A stretch of DNA of 64,000 nt from Veleropilina oligotropha (GCA_048128005.1 JBEUKZ010000066.1:248001-312000), one strand, 5' to 3'; shown: positions 29,401 through 43,065, counted from the first letter of the stretch. A program made the numbers and translations. Notes: generated by a model from the sequence alone, not told the origin.

Positions 29401-32397
29401 GGGCTTTAGGCATCAAATCCAATTAGTGTATTGAAATTTCAGCTACTCTCTTACCCTTGTACCGTGGATGCAACCCAGTAGATTGGATTAAATCTGTCAT
29501 GGTTAACATGAATATGTCCACAAATGGTAGTCATCAAAATAACCACATAATTCCTGTAATAGGTATAGTATTAGAACATTATTTTGATTTGAGTCGGGTA
29601 GTTTTACATCCACCTATTAACACATTCGCTGTCATATATAGTATTAGATGAGATATCATGTCTCCCATTTTATTATACAGGTGCCATGCAGGAACGAGAT
29701 ATCTAGTTCGACCTATTTAACGTTATCCTGCAGCCTGTACCAAATATTCTCACAAAATCTCATGTGATTCACATGTGAAACAGGTTAGTTTCACATTAGA
29801 AACAAATGTAAATTAGATTTTTCTCATATGAAGATGGTAGACCATAATGTGAAATTAGTTTCTAACCTCAAATAGATCATGTTAGACATTTTTCACATGT
29901 GAAGAAGATGCATATGCTAAACCAGGTTAGAAATATTTCCTATACAATTCATTGGTAACTTACAAAGTCCAAATTCTCACATGAGAATTAGGTTAGAAAA
30001 AGGTTAGGTAGGAATAGAATGTTCCAATATATTGGAATATTCCACTGACCAGCCACATTTTCAGAGGAGTTGAACTGTACTTACAAGTACTATATTAATT
30101 AAACCATGATCAACTTACCTTAAATTGTTGTTTCAGGTAAGATTGTTTGTATTTATTTATCACTATGCTAGATAATGTAATTAAAGAAAAGTTATTACAT
30201 TGATATTATGAACTATCAATAATCATGAACACTGCATCAAAACAAAGGGCTTAGAGTCTTCATGAATTCTGGTATATCCAGTCAAAAAGATAAAATTACT
30301 ATATAATGCTTGGTGCATTGTAATGTGACATTATAATTAAGGATACAGTATCACAGTAATATCTGCTATATATGTAGTATAGTATCAAATGGGCTTGATA
30401 TAACAAAGCCTAAATGCTGTTTTGAATGTTCCTTTGTGCATATGCTTTGTGTCATGATAAGTGCACCAACTTCAACTGCTACTTTGGGTGTCTGGCAAGG
30501 CCATCTGTTTGTAATTTTATACTCGTTAGTTTTGCTAGAAATTCTTCACATATGAAATATTTCTCATGTGAGTAATTCTTAATTCACATGTGAAATATTT
30601 CTCACGTAAAAAATTCTTCACATGTGAAATATTTCTCACGTTAGGAATTCAACTGAAACTAACGTAATTTTCATGTTAAAAACTCACGTGAAACTCATGT
30701 GAGAAACTAAGTTAGATCTCACATGAGATTCACATGTGAATTATGTTAGACCATTTTGGCAAGGGGGGGGGGGGGGGGGCGGTGAGTTTGATAGGTACGT
30801 TTTTCCTGTGAGCATTGAAAATATCACACGAGACAAAGTCGAGTGTGATAATCATATTGTCATAGTGAACAGGATAAACATACGTATCAAGCCAGAAGCC
30901 ACAGGGTAACATTTTTATTTTCATTTTATTTTTTAAAAATATCTAACTTTATATGCCTGTCAATGCTGAACAATGATTAAGCAATGAATAATGTCACATT
31001 AAATTGAAATTGCACCGTACAGGTTATTCTAAGCGCAAAATAACCTGGATATTTGAAAAGCTGAGGAATAGTTTATAGTCATATACATTCATGTATATGA
31101 TTGAATCTCAAAGAAATACTTGAAAACACTTGATTATATCCCGCAGAAGTTAATAACGTCTAGCAGACGACGTGTAGTTTGATACAAAAACGTGGAGTTT
31201 GACATGAGTATTTGTCAAACTCCATGTGATGCCATTTGACCAATCAGACATTACAGATTTCTCGAAATGAATATAAAATATATTTCCAACATGGTGTGGA
31301 GTTATCAATATCCTGGTGGTGATGGTGTTAAAAACATTTTTAAGCAAATTTGTAATCTGGACCCAAGTTTAACAGTTCATTGCCATCAATCAGACAGTCT
31401 CCAGCATGGTTGCCCATCGAAATACTGATCAGAGTCAACATTGTAATCACAGTGATTTGGATGTAGTCGGTGTCAGGAGATCATTTCAGGTTCTCACCTT
31501 TGACCAACGGTAGCAGATCAATGGACACTTGACCAAGAGGGACTGTCTTCTCTTCCTTCTGTTTCTTTTCTTTTGGCAGAACTTCAATGAGGGTCACTGC
31601 AAAAGAGACAGCATAAATCTTGTAGTAAATAAAACGTTTGTAACGAATGATGATGATGCTGAATTGACATCAGTGTTTGTCATAAATCTGGTTAAAATAT
31701 TTGAATTATGTAAATGAATTAGTGCTGTGTTCAATGGAGACAGCGATCATGATACTCTGAGACCCTGATACTCCTGGGGTTTAAAGTCCTTCCATTTGTA
31801 GACCAGCACCTTATCAGTATTATTCTTAAAACTACACTTCTAATTTAATTCATGCAATAAGCTGGCAAACAGATCATGTCTTTTTTCCTGGCACATATGA
31901 GGATATTAACGGCCACCTTTCAAACATGTGATTTACTTACACACTACTGGCTTATGAGCGATCTCATCAATAACCACAGAATCTTCGTAGGTGCAGTTGA
32001 GTGTAGTGTTATAGTTCAACTCGGCTGCGATGTCAGCTTTGCAGTCAACTTTAGGAGATTCTCCGAGATTCTTGTCACCGAATTCAAGCTTTACCATAGC
32101 CTGCAGATTATCACCCTTGTGTCCTTTCTAGAATATAAGATTTAAAATATATTCAATGAAGAATTAAAATATATTCAATGAACATTATTAAATATCTTAA
32201 TGAATTTCATAACATCATATATTTACGTTGAGCATAATTATATAGCATATTTAAAGCAATTGCGAAATAGCTCCTCCCCCCGGCATATATAATTAGTTGT
32301 AAAATAATGAATAAATACTTACCAAATTTCTAAGGCGCATAACAGAAATTGTGATGGGTTCTGGTGCCCGCACCTGTGCCACTTCTGGTTCAGTCAT
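6312..32397 (-). CDS. CFAP70: Cilia- and flagella-associated protein 70 (TTC18), multi-exon gene
   Basis: GT-AG exons traced by eye give one continuous protein: 32397-32323, 32127-31941, 31596-31498, 28593-28511, 27898-27725, 26094-25967, 25009-24860, 24543-24456, 22493-22424, 22140-22079, 21654-21514, 20022-19859, 19038-18978, 18066-18005, 16240-16178, 15666-15528, 14985-14800, 14404-14324, 13976-13924, 13768-13653, 12030-11872, 11284-11135, 10920-10748, 10025-9873, 9401-9240, 7609-7520, 7071-6922, 6392-6312. Recognised peptides: [46 protein letters not shown]-like [15 protein letters not shown]-terminal VGFGNP. Confidence 0.9.
8075..8645. mobile_element. Helitron/Helentron-like non-autonomous repeat
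   Basis: Internal degenerate tandem units, GAC(A/C) microsatellite and terminal hairpin ATGCCCCC...GGGGGCAT. Similar ends near 13600 and 17935, and near 60780 in reverse. Confidence 0.5.
10198..10430. repeat. 64-bp tandem repeat, about 3.5 copies
   Basis: TCGCGAGTAGGG recurs at 10251, 10315 and 10379. Confidence 0.85.
26450..27750. repeat. 38-bp minisatellite, about 34 copies
   Basis: Unit GCAGTACTAACCTCCGGGTTAACGGGTATGGGCACCGC; the last copy overlaps a CFAP70 exon end. Confidence 0.95.
28771..29405. mobile_element. PIF/Harbinger-like MITE
   Basis: TIR AGCCCCTTTCCCACATACA; TTA on both flanks; non-coding. Confidence 0.75.
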
Positions 32398-33288
32398 GAT
32401 GATATTGATCACTTAATATTAACCAGGTATCTGAAAAGTATGGCTACAGTTTTATTTCATCATGTTCCAATTAATTTAGTCACACGTAATTGATTAACTT
32501 AATTACTCTTAGGCCTCTGGTGGCAGCCAATGCCGTCTAATTATCATTGAGTTACTGAACGCACAGCAGGCAAAGAGTTAAACATACAGGCACAATTTAC
32601 CATCAAAATGCACTCGGTAGATTGACAAATTAATATTATTTTCTTCAGCAAACTAACTGTATTAGTACTGTAGGGTACTCGACAAGACTCATTATGTCAG
32701 ACAAAATCTGCTCACACTGATCATATAGGGACAGCTGTGATTGTTAATTGAACCATGCGTCCAGATGATGATTAACAACTACGCCAACAGCATTTCACTC
32801 ATAAATCGGTCAATCAACTTAGAATGATGAAAGGAATTTGTTCTGTGTGTAATGGATGCAACGATCATAAGAAAAATCCCTGGCAATTGAACCCTGGACC
32901 TTCCGTTAGTAGACTGAGCACTGTATCCATGCGACCATGCTGGCCCCGTGTTCAAAGCTTTGTTAATCTTGGCAATCAGGTGGTGGAATTGGGAACCATT
33001 ACACCGAGCGAGTTTATGACGATAAGGCAAGTTTGCTGCTAGACAATATTAACTTCTATAAATATCTATATAACATTCTGATTCAAGAAGAATAAATTTA
33101 CATTCAATAACATCAAGACCAACACTTCGATTATATTATAGAGAATATTTCTCTGCAACTATAGTCCTATATCATTTGAATAATGTTTCATTTAATTATA
33201 CAATCATAATAATAAATAATGTCAAAAAATACAATAAATGTAGGCGTTCGAAGGAAGAATAACTCGATGTAGCATACATTACAAAAAT

Positions 33289-34689
33289 GGTAATCTTCCA
33301 GGTTAGGTACTTTAATTATTTTTAGGTACTTTAATTATTTGAAGGCTTTTTGTTATTATTTAAAGGTCCTTGTCGGTTAATAATAAAGAATGATAAGGTA
33401 TTTAAAGTAAAAGTAAAGTACTTCGTTAATTTTGCATGATAACCCATAAGAAAGTAAGAGTAAAAGTAAAGTACTTCGTTTGGTAATTTTGCATGACAGT
33501 ATCTTCAAACATGGCAGGAAGGCCGGCAGCTCCCACTGTAATAATTGATCCGATTAATATCATTGCTGTTAACGTTCGGAATGACGTTTACAACTTTTCA
33601 ACGCCTTTGCCAGAGATTGACACCACTGCCTCATGTCTACGATGGTTGGCTAGTCGCCGTCTCATAATGAATTGTTTTGAATGCCCAAATTGCCAACAAA
33701 TGGCTAGTTTCAGTGTTCACAACGGTAGTGTTGATGGTAGACGTTGGGTTTGTCGACGTTGCAATCTGCACAAATCTGTCAGAGAAGGCTCCTTTTTCTC
33801 AAACAGCCACTTGACTTTGAAACAAATAATTATTTTGGTTTACTGTTGGGCGCATGACATGCCCCAATTTATGATGGAGCATGAGTCTGAAATCAGCAGT
33901 AAAACTACAGTCGTCGACTGGTGTAACTTTATTCGGGAAGAGTGCCAGGTTTGGTTAAACAACAACAGTGACGAAATTGGGGGAATGGACAACCAAGGCG
34001 ATCCCATTGTGGTTGAAATTGACGAAACCAAGTATTTCCACCGTAAATATCATCGCGGGCAGTGGCGTGACGGCCACTGGGTTTTTGGTGGCATAGAAAG
34101 GGACAGTGGAAAATGTTTTCTTTTGGAAGTTCCAGATAGGTCAGCACGAACACTTGAAGCTCTCATACTGGAGTACATATTACCAGGGTCGCACATCGTA
34201 TCCGATGGTTGGGCATCATACGCCAACATTCCTGCACTGAATCACGGAATCTATACTCACTCTGTTGTTGTGCATCAGCAGAATTTTGTTGATCCGAATG
34301 ATGCGGACACGCACACCCAGAATATCGAGAACATGTGGATGCGAGCTGAACGCAAGTTAAAACAACAGTTTGGCACATCCAGAGCATTGTTTCCGTCTTA
34401 TCTCCACGAATTTGTGTTCCGAGCCAGATTTAAGGATCAAGACATTTTTGCTGTTTTCCTGCAAACAGTGGCAGATAATTATCCAATGTGACTTGTATAG
34501 GCCTAGCCATGAAATATTGACGTGTTCATTTAACCATTTTTTTTAGAAATGGTCATTTGTTATTTTTTGGGATGTACTAAATGCATATCATGCTTTACTG
34601 TAGAACACGACAGCTAAAATGGCTAGAAATAATTAAAGTACCTAAACTGGAAGATTAAATAATTAAAGTACCTAAACTGGAAGATTACC
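33289..34689 (+). mobile_element. Complete Merlin (IS1595/ISXO2-like) DNA transposon
   Basis: ~33-bp TIRs GGTAATCTTCCAG(G/T)TTAGGTACTTTAATTATTT with 1 mismatch. 8-bp TSD ACAAAAAT at 33281-33288 and 34690-34697. One internal transposase ORF. Confidence 0.92.
33493..34491 (+). CDS. Merlin/ISXO2-like DDE transposase, 332 aa
   Basis: Zn ribbon CPNC...CRRC; VEIDETKY, WVFGGIER, IVSDGWASY, HTQNIENMW motifs; uninterrupted ORF. Confidence 0.92.
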   Translation: MTVSSNMAGRPAAPTVIIDPINIIAVNVRNDVYNFSTPLPEIDTTASCLRWLASRRLIMNCFECPNCQQMASFSVHNGSVDGRRWVCRRCNLHKSVREGSFFSNSHLTLKQIIILVYCWAHDMPQFMMEHESEISSKTTVVDWCNFIREECQVWLNNNSDEIGGMDNQGDPIVVEIDETKYFHRKYHRGQWRDGHWVFGGIERDSGKCFLLEVPDRSARTLEALILEYILPGSHIVSDGWASYANIPALNHGIYTHSVVVHQQNFVDPNDADTHTQNIENMWMRAERKLKQQFGTSRALFPSYLHEFVFRARFKDQDIFAVFLQTVADNYPM

Positions 34690-35031
34690 ACAAAAATACT
34701 ATTGTTGTAAAACATATTCTTTGATACACAAAAAACAAGTTATTTTACCGACTTTTATTATATTAAAACACCAATCTGACTTCAAAATGAGTCCAGAGCA
34801 AGGCAACATTTATTCAGAATTATTGTCAGATTTGAAATTCAACTTCAATGCTGCCATGTTATTCGTTATAATTACGTCAGAGATACACCATACATATTTC
34901 CATAAATAAATACTGGGATAAGCAATAATACCTGCGCGCCGTGAATATTAAAAATTATCTTAAAAGTTAAGTAAAAATCAGTAAACAATCACGCATTGCC
35001 TTTGCAAGCAGTCGACAAAGCTTGGTCACTA

Positions 35032-35083
35032 GTTACTATGGAAAAGTAGGACTTGTATCGAGATTCGTAATAGTAACTTCCGG
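35032..35083. promoter_or_regulatory. Candidate bidirectional promoter with RFX X-box-like and ETS-like sites
   Basis: GTTACTATGGAAA (35032-35044) resembles the X-box of ciliary genes. ACTTCCGG follows at about 35076-35083. Lies between the CFAP70 and DTD1 starts; a minus-strand donor at 34931-34930 suggests a CFAP70 5'UTR exon. Confidence 0.45.
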
Positions 35084-35207
35084 TAGAGTTCGTTGCGAGT
35101 TGTTGTCATGCGGAAATGGTTCTCACATGTAAAATGCAGCGAGTGCTCCTGTGAATGTATCTAAATATATGTTTGTCATTGCTTAATGTAAATGACAGGA
35201 CTCAAAC

Positions 35208-38200
35208 ATGAAGGCAATTGTACAAAGGGTTTTTCAAGCAAAGGTGACAGGTAAATGACTGCAATTTATATCAGTATACTATGGATCTTTCTGTTTCGCT
35301 TTTACTCTCAGCTGCTCAGTGGATTATTTGGTTTACCTTCAATCAGACACGGCACAGCCATTGGCCAGTGGCAGTGCGTCTATTATACTCTATATCCTAT
35401 CTCCATTAGCTGCAAGTTGCAACTTGTTGAAATACATCATGGGCATCAATACAACATCTCTGCTTTACTAGTAGTACTAGTAGTCATTTTTATTCCCCAT
35501 ACTATGATAACCCTTACGGCATTGGTGGCGGCCATGCATTGCAATGAATTTCATATTTCAGGACACACAGGGCTTCATTGGTGATGAGTGGCATCGGCGG
35601 GTGAGTGGTTAGCGCGTCAGACCCTCAACTGAAGCTGTTAGTTCGTCTTGGGTTAGAAACCAGTGGCGATCCATTTTACCTCTTGAAATATTTAAGGCTG
35701 AAAAATTTCAAAAAATGGTCGTAAAAAAATAATGATTGGTTGATGATATCACATCTGATTAATAAGCCTGTAAGCTCTACTGTTCCTACAGTGTTCATCA
35801 ACATCTTGCCACAGGCACTGCATGTCTCATTCAAGTCAAGAAACATTGCAAAGGGTTGTGAGATATGCCACGAGATGCTAATATTTATGGAACTAGACTG
35901 TCAATCTAGATTGACCAGAACATGAGAGGAACATTGGGTCACTGCCATTGAACCAGATTCCATCTACCGGTACCCCATATCTATGATTCCCAGAACCTCT
36001 CACCTAGGTAAGAGAACAACCATCAAATCAGTTTCGTGGTGTGAAATACCATTATGTGTACACAATAATTGCCAAACCATGAAGTTTGATATCATATGAA
36101 ACAGTGGAAAGCTGCCAGGTAATCAAGTGATGAAAAGATGCCACTTTATTAACTACTTGCGATGTAAATGATTGGAATTCAACCAGGCAGACCAAAGCAG
36201 TGTAGTTTGCCTTGTGGACCAGGTACAAGTACTTTTTGATGTTGTTCAAAGCTGTGTCGCTGCCACGAGACGCTATGGGTAGAGATGTGATGTCCTTGTT
36301 TTATCAACTGGTAGAGCGTTGAAAAAATAATAAGGACATGACATTGGACATTAGTCGATTATGATGTGAGGTTAAATTTTATAACCGACGTTGCTTTAAA
36401 TATTTCATTGCTTATATCTAATAGAAAGGGCAACGACGTTACCATGCAGTCCTTTGAAAAAAGCAAGATGTTATAACGAGGACAGGTCCTACTGCATGTA
36501 CTAAATTGTTAAAACTTTGTCGTAAAACTAAACTATTCAAATCCAATCAATCTATTTTAGTGAGATAATTTTTTAAAATATGCCTTGTCATTGTACAGTT
36601 TCATTCTTTAAATGTTAAACCTTCTAGATGTTTTTATTGTAGTTGGCGATGAATTGGTGAGCAGCATTGGAAAAGGTCTCTGTGTTCTCGTAGGCATCTC
36701 AAGATTTGATACGCCAAAAGAAATAGAGTACCTGTAAGTGTGTTTGTCATTATAACTGAATGCTAGGTGGTTTGAACCCATTAGCGTTGTAGTAATTAAT
36801 GAAAAAAAGTAGATAGCAGACTTGTACTGGAAGCAGTCAATTTTACTGGGCCACTTACAATGAAAATTAATGAGAGCCACATGCTTAATCCAAAGTAGAG
36901 AATTTTCGAATTAAATGGCAGCCATTTTGAAATATAAACTTTTAAATTAATAAAACTTTGTTTGCATGAATTGCAATGTCACAATTACGTAACTTTAACA
37001 CATGTAGTGATTTAATGAATGTTGTTCAAATGACGTATTTGCAGTACTGGTAACCTACATTTCTCGAGGTCAATGCGTATATGGTCAATGTATTGAGATC
37101 TGGACAAACAAGACCTGACTGATGTTATATGATTTAATTTCTATTCATTGCTTTCAGTGTTAGAAAAATTTTGAATCTCAGAGTATTTGAAGATGATGAA
37201 GAAAAAAGATGGAGTAAAAACGTGATGGACAAACAGTATGAGATTCTCTGCATAAGCCAGGTGAGTGAAGTTCTAGTGTTTCGCCTTCTTCTTGTACAAT
37301 GATATCATTATAACTATTTGCATTGTTCATTACTCTGAAGCCGCTCCGACAGCCATGTGGTTTTTGTTGCATGTTCCGAAAAATCTTGATTCATGGGTTG
37401 GGAAATGACATTATTTGTTCAAGTTATGAATAACAGTTGTCCGTAACTGGTTGGAAATGGTGGGTTTCCACAGGCGACCGGGCTTTCCTCCCGCAATAAT
37501 ATGGTCATGTTCTGATTTGAATTTAATTGTTGGAAATATACAAGACATTAAGCATCGATCCTTTCCTTTCCTTTTTTTTCATTACTCATTCCATAAATGA
37601 TATCTGTATTCACATGCTTTTAGTATCTTCTTGGTAATTTAAAAGTTTACTGTTCTATTTTCATTTGTTGAGTAAGGCATATCGACGGTTCCATTTGTCA
37701 AGAAATATTTGATGATGATTTTTGCTATACTATGAAGTGGGGTATTAAATTCACTAATGTTGCGTCAATAGTTGCATAGATAACATTGACAGCTCTTATC
37801 TTTTCAGTTTACTCTGATGTGTACACTCAAAGGCAACAAGCCGGACTACCATGAATCCATGACAGCGGAGTTATCTGAGCGATTTTATGAAGAATTCTTA
37901 AATCAAATGAGAATTGCGTATATGGCAGAAAAAATAAAAGGTGAAATTTGTAACCACAATATCTTCTTGATAGATTTATCTTACTGGTAATTTGCATTGT
38001 ACTAAAACATAGAGAAATTCAATATGTATATCATCTAAATGAAATATTTCACGTTTTTAGTAGTATAATATATATAAATAGACGATATCATATTACTTAT
38101 ATATGTATATATATTTGAATATGCCCATGTTGAAATTATCTAATTAATGTGAACCATGATTAAGATTAGAGGAAAATATATACATTGCAAGTTTTTCACG

Positions 38201-38413
38201 TATGATTTATTTGAAATATCAACTCAACAATAACTTTTTAATTAAAGCTAATATTATAATATAATAGGCTGCTATTATGAACAGTACCTTCGTCTGAATT
38301 TGTTGTGGTATAAAATATTATCTCTTTTAGATGGAAAATTTGGTGCTGATATGCAGGTTCATATTCAGAATGATGGACCGGTCACCATTCCACTGGAGAC
38401 TCCTAAGCCTCAG
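35208..38413 (+). CDS. DTD1: D-aminoacyl-tRNA deacylase 1, exons 1-5
   Basis: Exons 35208-35250, 36643-36733, 37158-37260, 37808-37940, 38331-38413 give MKAIVQRV...GLCVLVGI...KILNLRVF...SQFTL...GNKPDYH...FGADMQVHIQNDGPVT, with the SQFTL and NDGPVT signatures. Confidence 0.93.
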
Positions 38414-39605
38414 GTAAGATTGAAGGTCATTACTGTTCGTCAATGTAAATATGTTACCATATCTGTCAACTAGCACTTCAATGTTGTTTCGCATTTGCGT
38501 AAAATGATTTCAAAGTTCATCAGTCAGTCTCATTGTCATGGTAATAACAGTATTGTATATAGTTACTCATTTATTGTGAGTACAGATAAAGAAGGCAGGT
38601 ATTCAGAGAAATATTAAAAGATGTAGTTACAAACATACTTACGTCCTTACTCTTGCCATAATAGTAATATTATCGCTAACCGGAAACAGTGAATAAGTCA
38701 CATTATGCACTATTTATAAGTCAAAACGTACCACGATTACCTCCCCTGCTTCCCCTCTCCTACGTTCCCCCAGCGAGATCTCGCCAAGTCTCGCGCGACT
38801 TCCGAACCATCGAAGTCACAAGACCTCAATTCAAAGTTTTCCGCTGAGACGGAAAGACGTGTTTTTTGCTCCGCAAATATTTCGATTTTGTCTGACGATT
38901 TATACGTTAAATCGAGGGCTTAATATTATAACTTATTAGTTATAAGTTGTGGAAATGTAACCCTGTGTTGTGGATATATAAACACAAGTGAATATAAGAA
39001 GATTGTGATATCTAAACTTCGAGAAGTTCTGAGACATCAGTGAAACCGACATCGTCGCTGTTGCTGGGAAAAAGCATGGGCGCTTAGAGGGGAAGTTTCG
39101 TGTGTAGCTGAAATTTCTGGTCGGTATATTTATCTGATATTGTTTGAGACTGCAAACAGGTAACTCATTATATTGGATAATTCCTTAACGACGCTATTTG
39201 CTGGTTATTATTGTATAAAATTTCTAGCGTCGTTAATAGGCAGGACTGTTCTGATATTCCTTTAAGTTATTCTGATATCCTGCCGTTTCTGGGATAATAC
39301 GCCATTGTACTAACATAAAAACATCCACGAGGTCTTTTCAGGTGTTTTTCTGGGCGGTTTTTTCTAAGAGAAAACCCCCGTTTTGTTCTAGTCTATTTGC
39401 CGGGTGTTTCACCGGGTCGTGTCGGGTAAATACCCGACCTTGGTGTCCCCAGTTCGGGTTTTTTTGCGTTTTTGCGGTATATCGCTTGATCTTTGATCTT
39501 CAGATCAGGGAAATTCTAAGAGTTGTCGTAGTATAGTCACAACTACCATATATATACCTATTTCACTACCCCGTATACCCACTACTATCCTCCCGTGTAT
39601 ACGCT

Positions 39606-41857
39606 ATGGTCCGGTGCAGTAGCTCCGGGTGTAACCAGAAAATTCACGGGTTTGATACGCACACGGAATGCCGTATTCACCGTAGTTGTAGTATTAAACT
39701 TCAGTGTGATTTGTGCCTTGTTTTTACAGACAAGCAGTGGGCGGTTCTATCCCAACCGGGTAAGTCGACCAGGGCGACTGCCACGGTGGGCCCTCCTCGG
39801 GAAAAGGGGCAGGAAAAGGGGCTGATTGCAGACAGTAAGTTAAGGGATAATTCTTCTTTGTCTACTTCAGGGACGCTGGACGACAGCCGACGTAAAGCAC
39901 CGTCTGTCGCCGGGTCTACCGGCGATACCTCCGCGACTCTTGGGGGAGTCACCGTACCCTTGCCGGGACCCCAGATTCAGGTAAAGGCCTGAGTGCCGAC
40001 CGTTCCTCCTCAACCGGGCTTAGTAACTGCAGTCAGCCATACTTTGCCGGCTAGCAAGGTATATATGACAGCGCAGCGAACAGCTGAACAGGGCAGACCA
40101 TCCCCATCCTTTTCTTCGGCCTCGAAGAATAAGGGGACAGTTAGTCCTTCTGCGAGAAACTCTCCTTCTAGCGAAGGGGACAGACTCAATGCAGAGAAAG
40201 CCTTTAAAGAGGCCGGGCACCTACTTGTAGGTCTAAGACTCGGACAATCGGCGAAACCTGAATCCTCGGTCGAGAACGATGCGACTACCCCTAAGGGTTT
40301 TCCGCTCAACCTCGAAGCTCACGAGACGTTCAGAGGGCCCCTTCTTTCCCGTGCACCCACGATGGTCACGCTAGAGACAGGGGACAGACCGGCTGCGTTC
40401 GGTGCGGGGTTCTACGGCGGTTTTCCGACCGTGCCTCCACCGAGCAGAGTGGTAGACCGATACGTACTGTTGCCGCAGTCCTACCGGTCGTCCGGCCCAC
40501 CGAACGCGCCTCCGGGCCGTTCTTTCGGGTTCGACCCCTCGACAAGTGCCCTCGGACCCTGGTCCTCGGCCCCGCTTGTCCATGCAGCCCGTCTACCTAG
40601 CGCCACGGTTTCCTCGACTGAACTACAGGCTGTTAGTTCGACGCCCGTCCTGCCTCAGGGTTTCTCTTTAGAGAACGTCCAGGCATGGGTCGCGGCGGGA
40701 TACGAGGAACAGTGTAAGGCCTGGCCGACGGCTCCCCAGCCGCGCCTGGTACCTACACATCTGCCCATGGCGCAGAGCACGGCTCCTGCCTCAGTGATGG
40801 TGATCGACCCTCGTTACGACGAGGACCTCGAATCCACTCACTCCGACCTCCCTGAATCGGTCGGGTCCGAAGACGTTAGTCTCTCAGGCACGCAGGAGCC
40901 GACCTCCTCCACCCGCCGAAGGCTCGACGCTGTTGCGTCACTTCGCGGGGTGCTTGGCCTGCCGGAACCGACTCGGTCGGCCGTAGGTTCAGCCAAGCAC
41001 AGGACGGCAGCACATCGGTTTGTTGAGAGGGAAGCCCCCGAGCTCCCCTCCTTACCTCAGTCTGGGCTGGTTGATCTGGTGGTCGACTCGACAACCAAGC
41101 TCATACAGGGGCGCAATCCGGTGGAGTCCTCCCCGCTGACCGAGTTCCCTTCGGGGTTCCGTAGTGGGAGGTATCTCCGGGCCAGTTCGCGTTCGATCCC
41201 GTTCGCTTGTACTGGTCCGTGCCTGGCGACTGAGCCGGCTCATGTAGACGCTTCGTTGCGTCGTTTGACCGCCAGTCACACTCCCTCTGTAGCGAAGGTT
41301 CCTTGGTCCGCCTTGGAAGCCTTCGAGAGCGCCGCCCGACGTGCTCTACGGCTGTCGTCCGTTCAGGATTTTTTCCTGGACGGCGCGATAGCCGTACTAC
41401 AGGAGGAAGGACCCGGCGCCTGCGAGGCTGCCCTGTCCTTCCTCCAGGAGGTTGCTGCCGCACAGGAGACCAGCGCGTTGGAGACGGGACGTGTCCTGGG
41501 CAATGCACTCCTACTTCGTAGGGACGCTTGCCTAGAAGGCACCTCGCTAGACGAGGCCACCCGGCGCTCGTTGCGATGCGTGCCTTGCTCGGCCGCCACT
41601 CTTTTTGGCGACAACTTTTCGGAGTTTGTCGACAAGAGAGCGGCGGATATGAAGGACCGTGCCATCGAGAAGGCAGTACTGCGCCCCACTCGGGGTCCAC
41701 CTACCGACTCGAGGAAGCGCTCCGGGCCCAGAAGCCTTCCAAGCGTGCGAAGCCCTCTTCTGGTGGTAGGCCGCCGGCCAATAAACCCACTCAGACGAGG
41801 CGAGCACCTCCAGCGAAATCCCGTAAGCAGAGCGGGAGAGGGAAGCCTCGGCCCTAG
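39606..41857 (+). pseudogene. DIRS gag-like ORF1, disrupted
   Basis: N-terminal Cys/His cluster (CSSSGC...HTECRIH..C...CDLC). In-frame TGA at 39990-39992. Probable 1-bp loss near 41729 separates the basic tail (KPSKRAK...GRGKPRP*). Confidence 0.7.
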
Positions 41858-41884
41858 GGCTGCCGGCATTCGCGACGGTCCCAG

Positions 41885-43065
41885 TTGCCCGCTTCCGCCG
41901 GTGGGAGCGTGCCTGTTAGCACACAGCCAGTCGTGGCTAGAGCTGACAGACAGCAACTGGGTCCACTTAGTCGTGAGTGCCGTATACAAGTTGGCATTCA
42001 ACCGGCATCCGACCTTAACCGAGGCACCACCATCAAGACCCGCTCGCCTCCTAAACGGAGAGAAACAAGCGGTCTTAGACCAGGCAGTGCGAGATTTGCT
42101 CCTAAAAAGAGCGATATATCCCGCGCCGCCCAGCACACCAGGATTTTACAGCCATTTCTTCCTGGTCCCGAAACCCGATGGCCGCTGGAGACCGATCCTC
42201 GATCTCTCGTATCTAAACAGATATCTTCGTACCGAGAAATTCCAGCAAGAAACCCTCTCGAAGATTCGAGCGGCCATCCGTCCGGGCGACTGGGCAGCGT
42301 CTATCGATCTGACCGACGCGTATCTGCATGTCCCGATGCATGTCACGGCTCATCAGTACCTTCGGTTTATACACGGGGGGACGATCCACCAATTCAGGTG
42401 CCTACCGTTCGGTCTATCGTCAGCCCCTTACGTTTTCACGAGAACAGTACAGGCCCTAGGGGCCTTCCTACACTCTCTAGGGCACAGGGTACATATGTAC
42501 CTCGACGACTGGCTGATCCTCGGGGCGTCCCGAGATCTGTGCCTCCGGTCTACGAGCTTTACCCTGTCATCGACGAAGCGCCTGGGATTTCAGATCAACG
42601 AGACAAAATCCTGCTTCGTGCCCTCGACGACGTTTACGTTCCTCGGAGTCGACTTCGATACGGTCCGGTACACCGCGAAGCCGACCCAGAAGCGTATGCG
42701 GAACCTACGCGCGGTTATCCAAGACACCCTGTCATCGGACATAACTACGGCGCGACAACTGGCCACTGTCCTGGGGCACATCGAGTCGGTAGCGACCCTG
42801 CTACCGACGGGTCGCATGGACAAAAGACCGTTACAACAGGCGTTCAGGGATCGCTGGATACAACGGACGGGGCAGTGGACGGATCGCATCGATCTACGGC
42901 ATTGGTTTACCAACACAACAGCAGTGTGGTTGAACCCTGCTTTGCCGGACCAGTCGGTTCCTATATCCCCGCCAGAGCCGAACGCTTACCTGTTCACAGA
43001 CGCTTCGAACGACGGCTGGGGTGGTCACCTCGACAGTTACGAGACATCAGGCCTATGGCCGACGG
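41885..43065 (+). pseudogene. DIRS reverse transcriptase and N-terminal half of RNase H (frame of ORF 39993..43082)
   Basis: FYSHFFLVPKPDGRWRPILDL, SIDLTDAYLHVPM, LPFGLSSAP, YLDDWL; RNase H FTDASNDGWGG. Cut by the insertion. Confidence 0.93.

Noticed and set aside
38600..39600. DIRS left terminal repeat
   Set aside because: No convincing direct or inverted match found downstream of 60345, so boundaries are left undefined.
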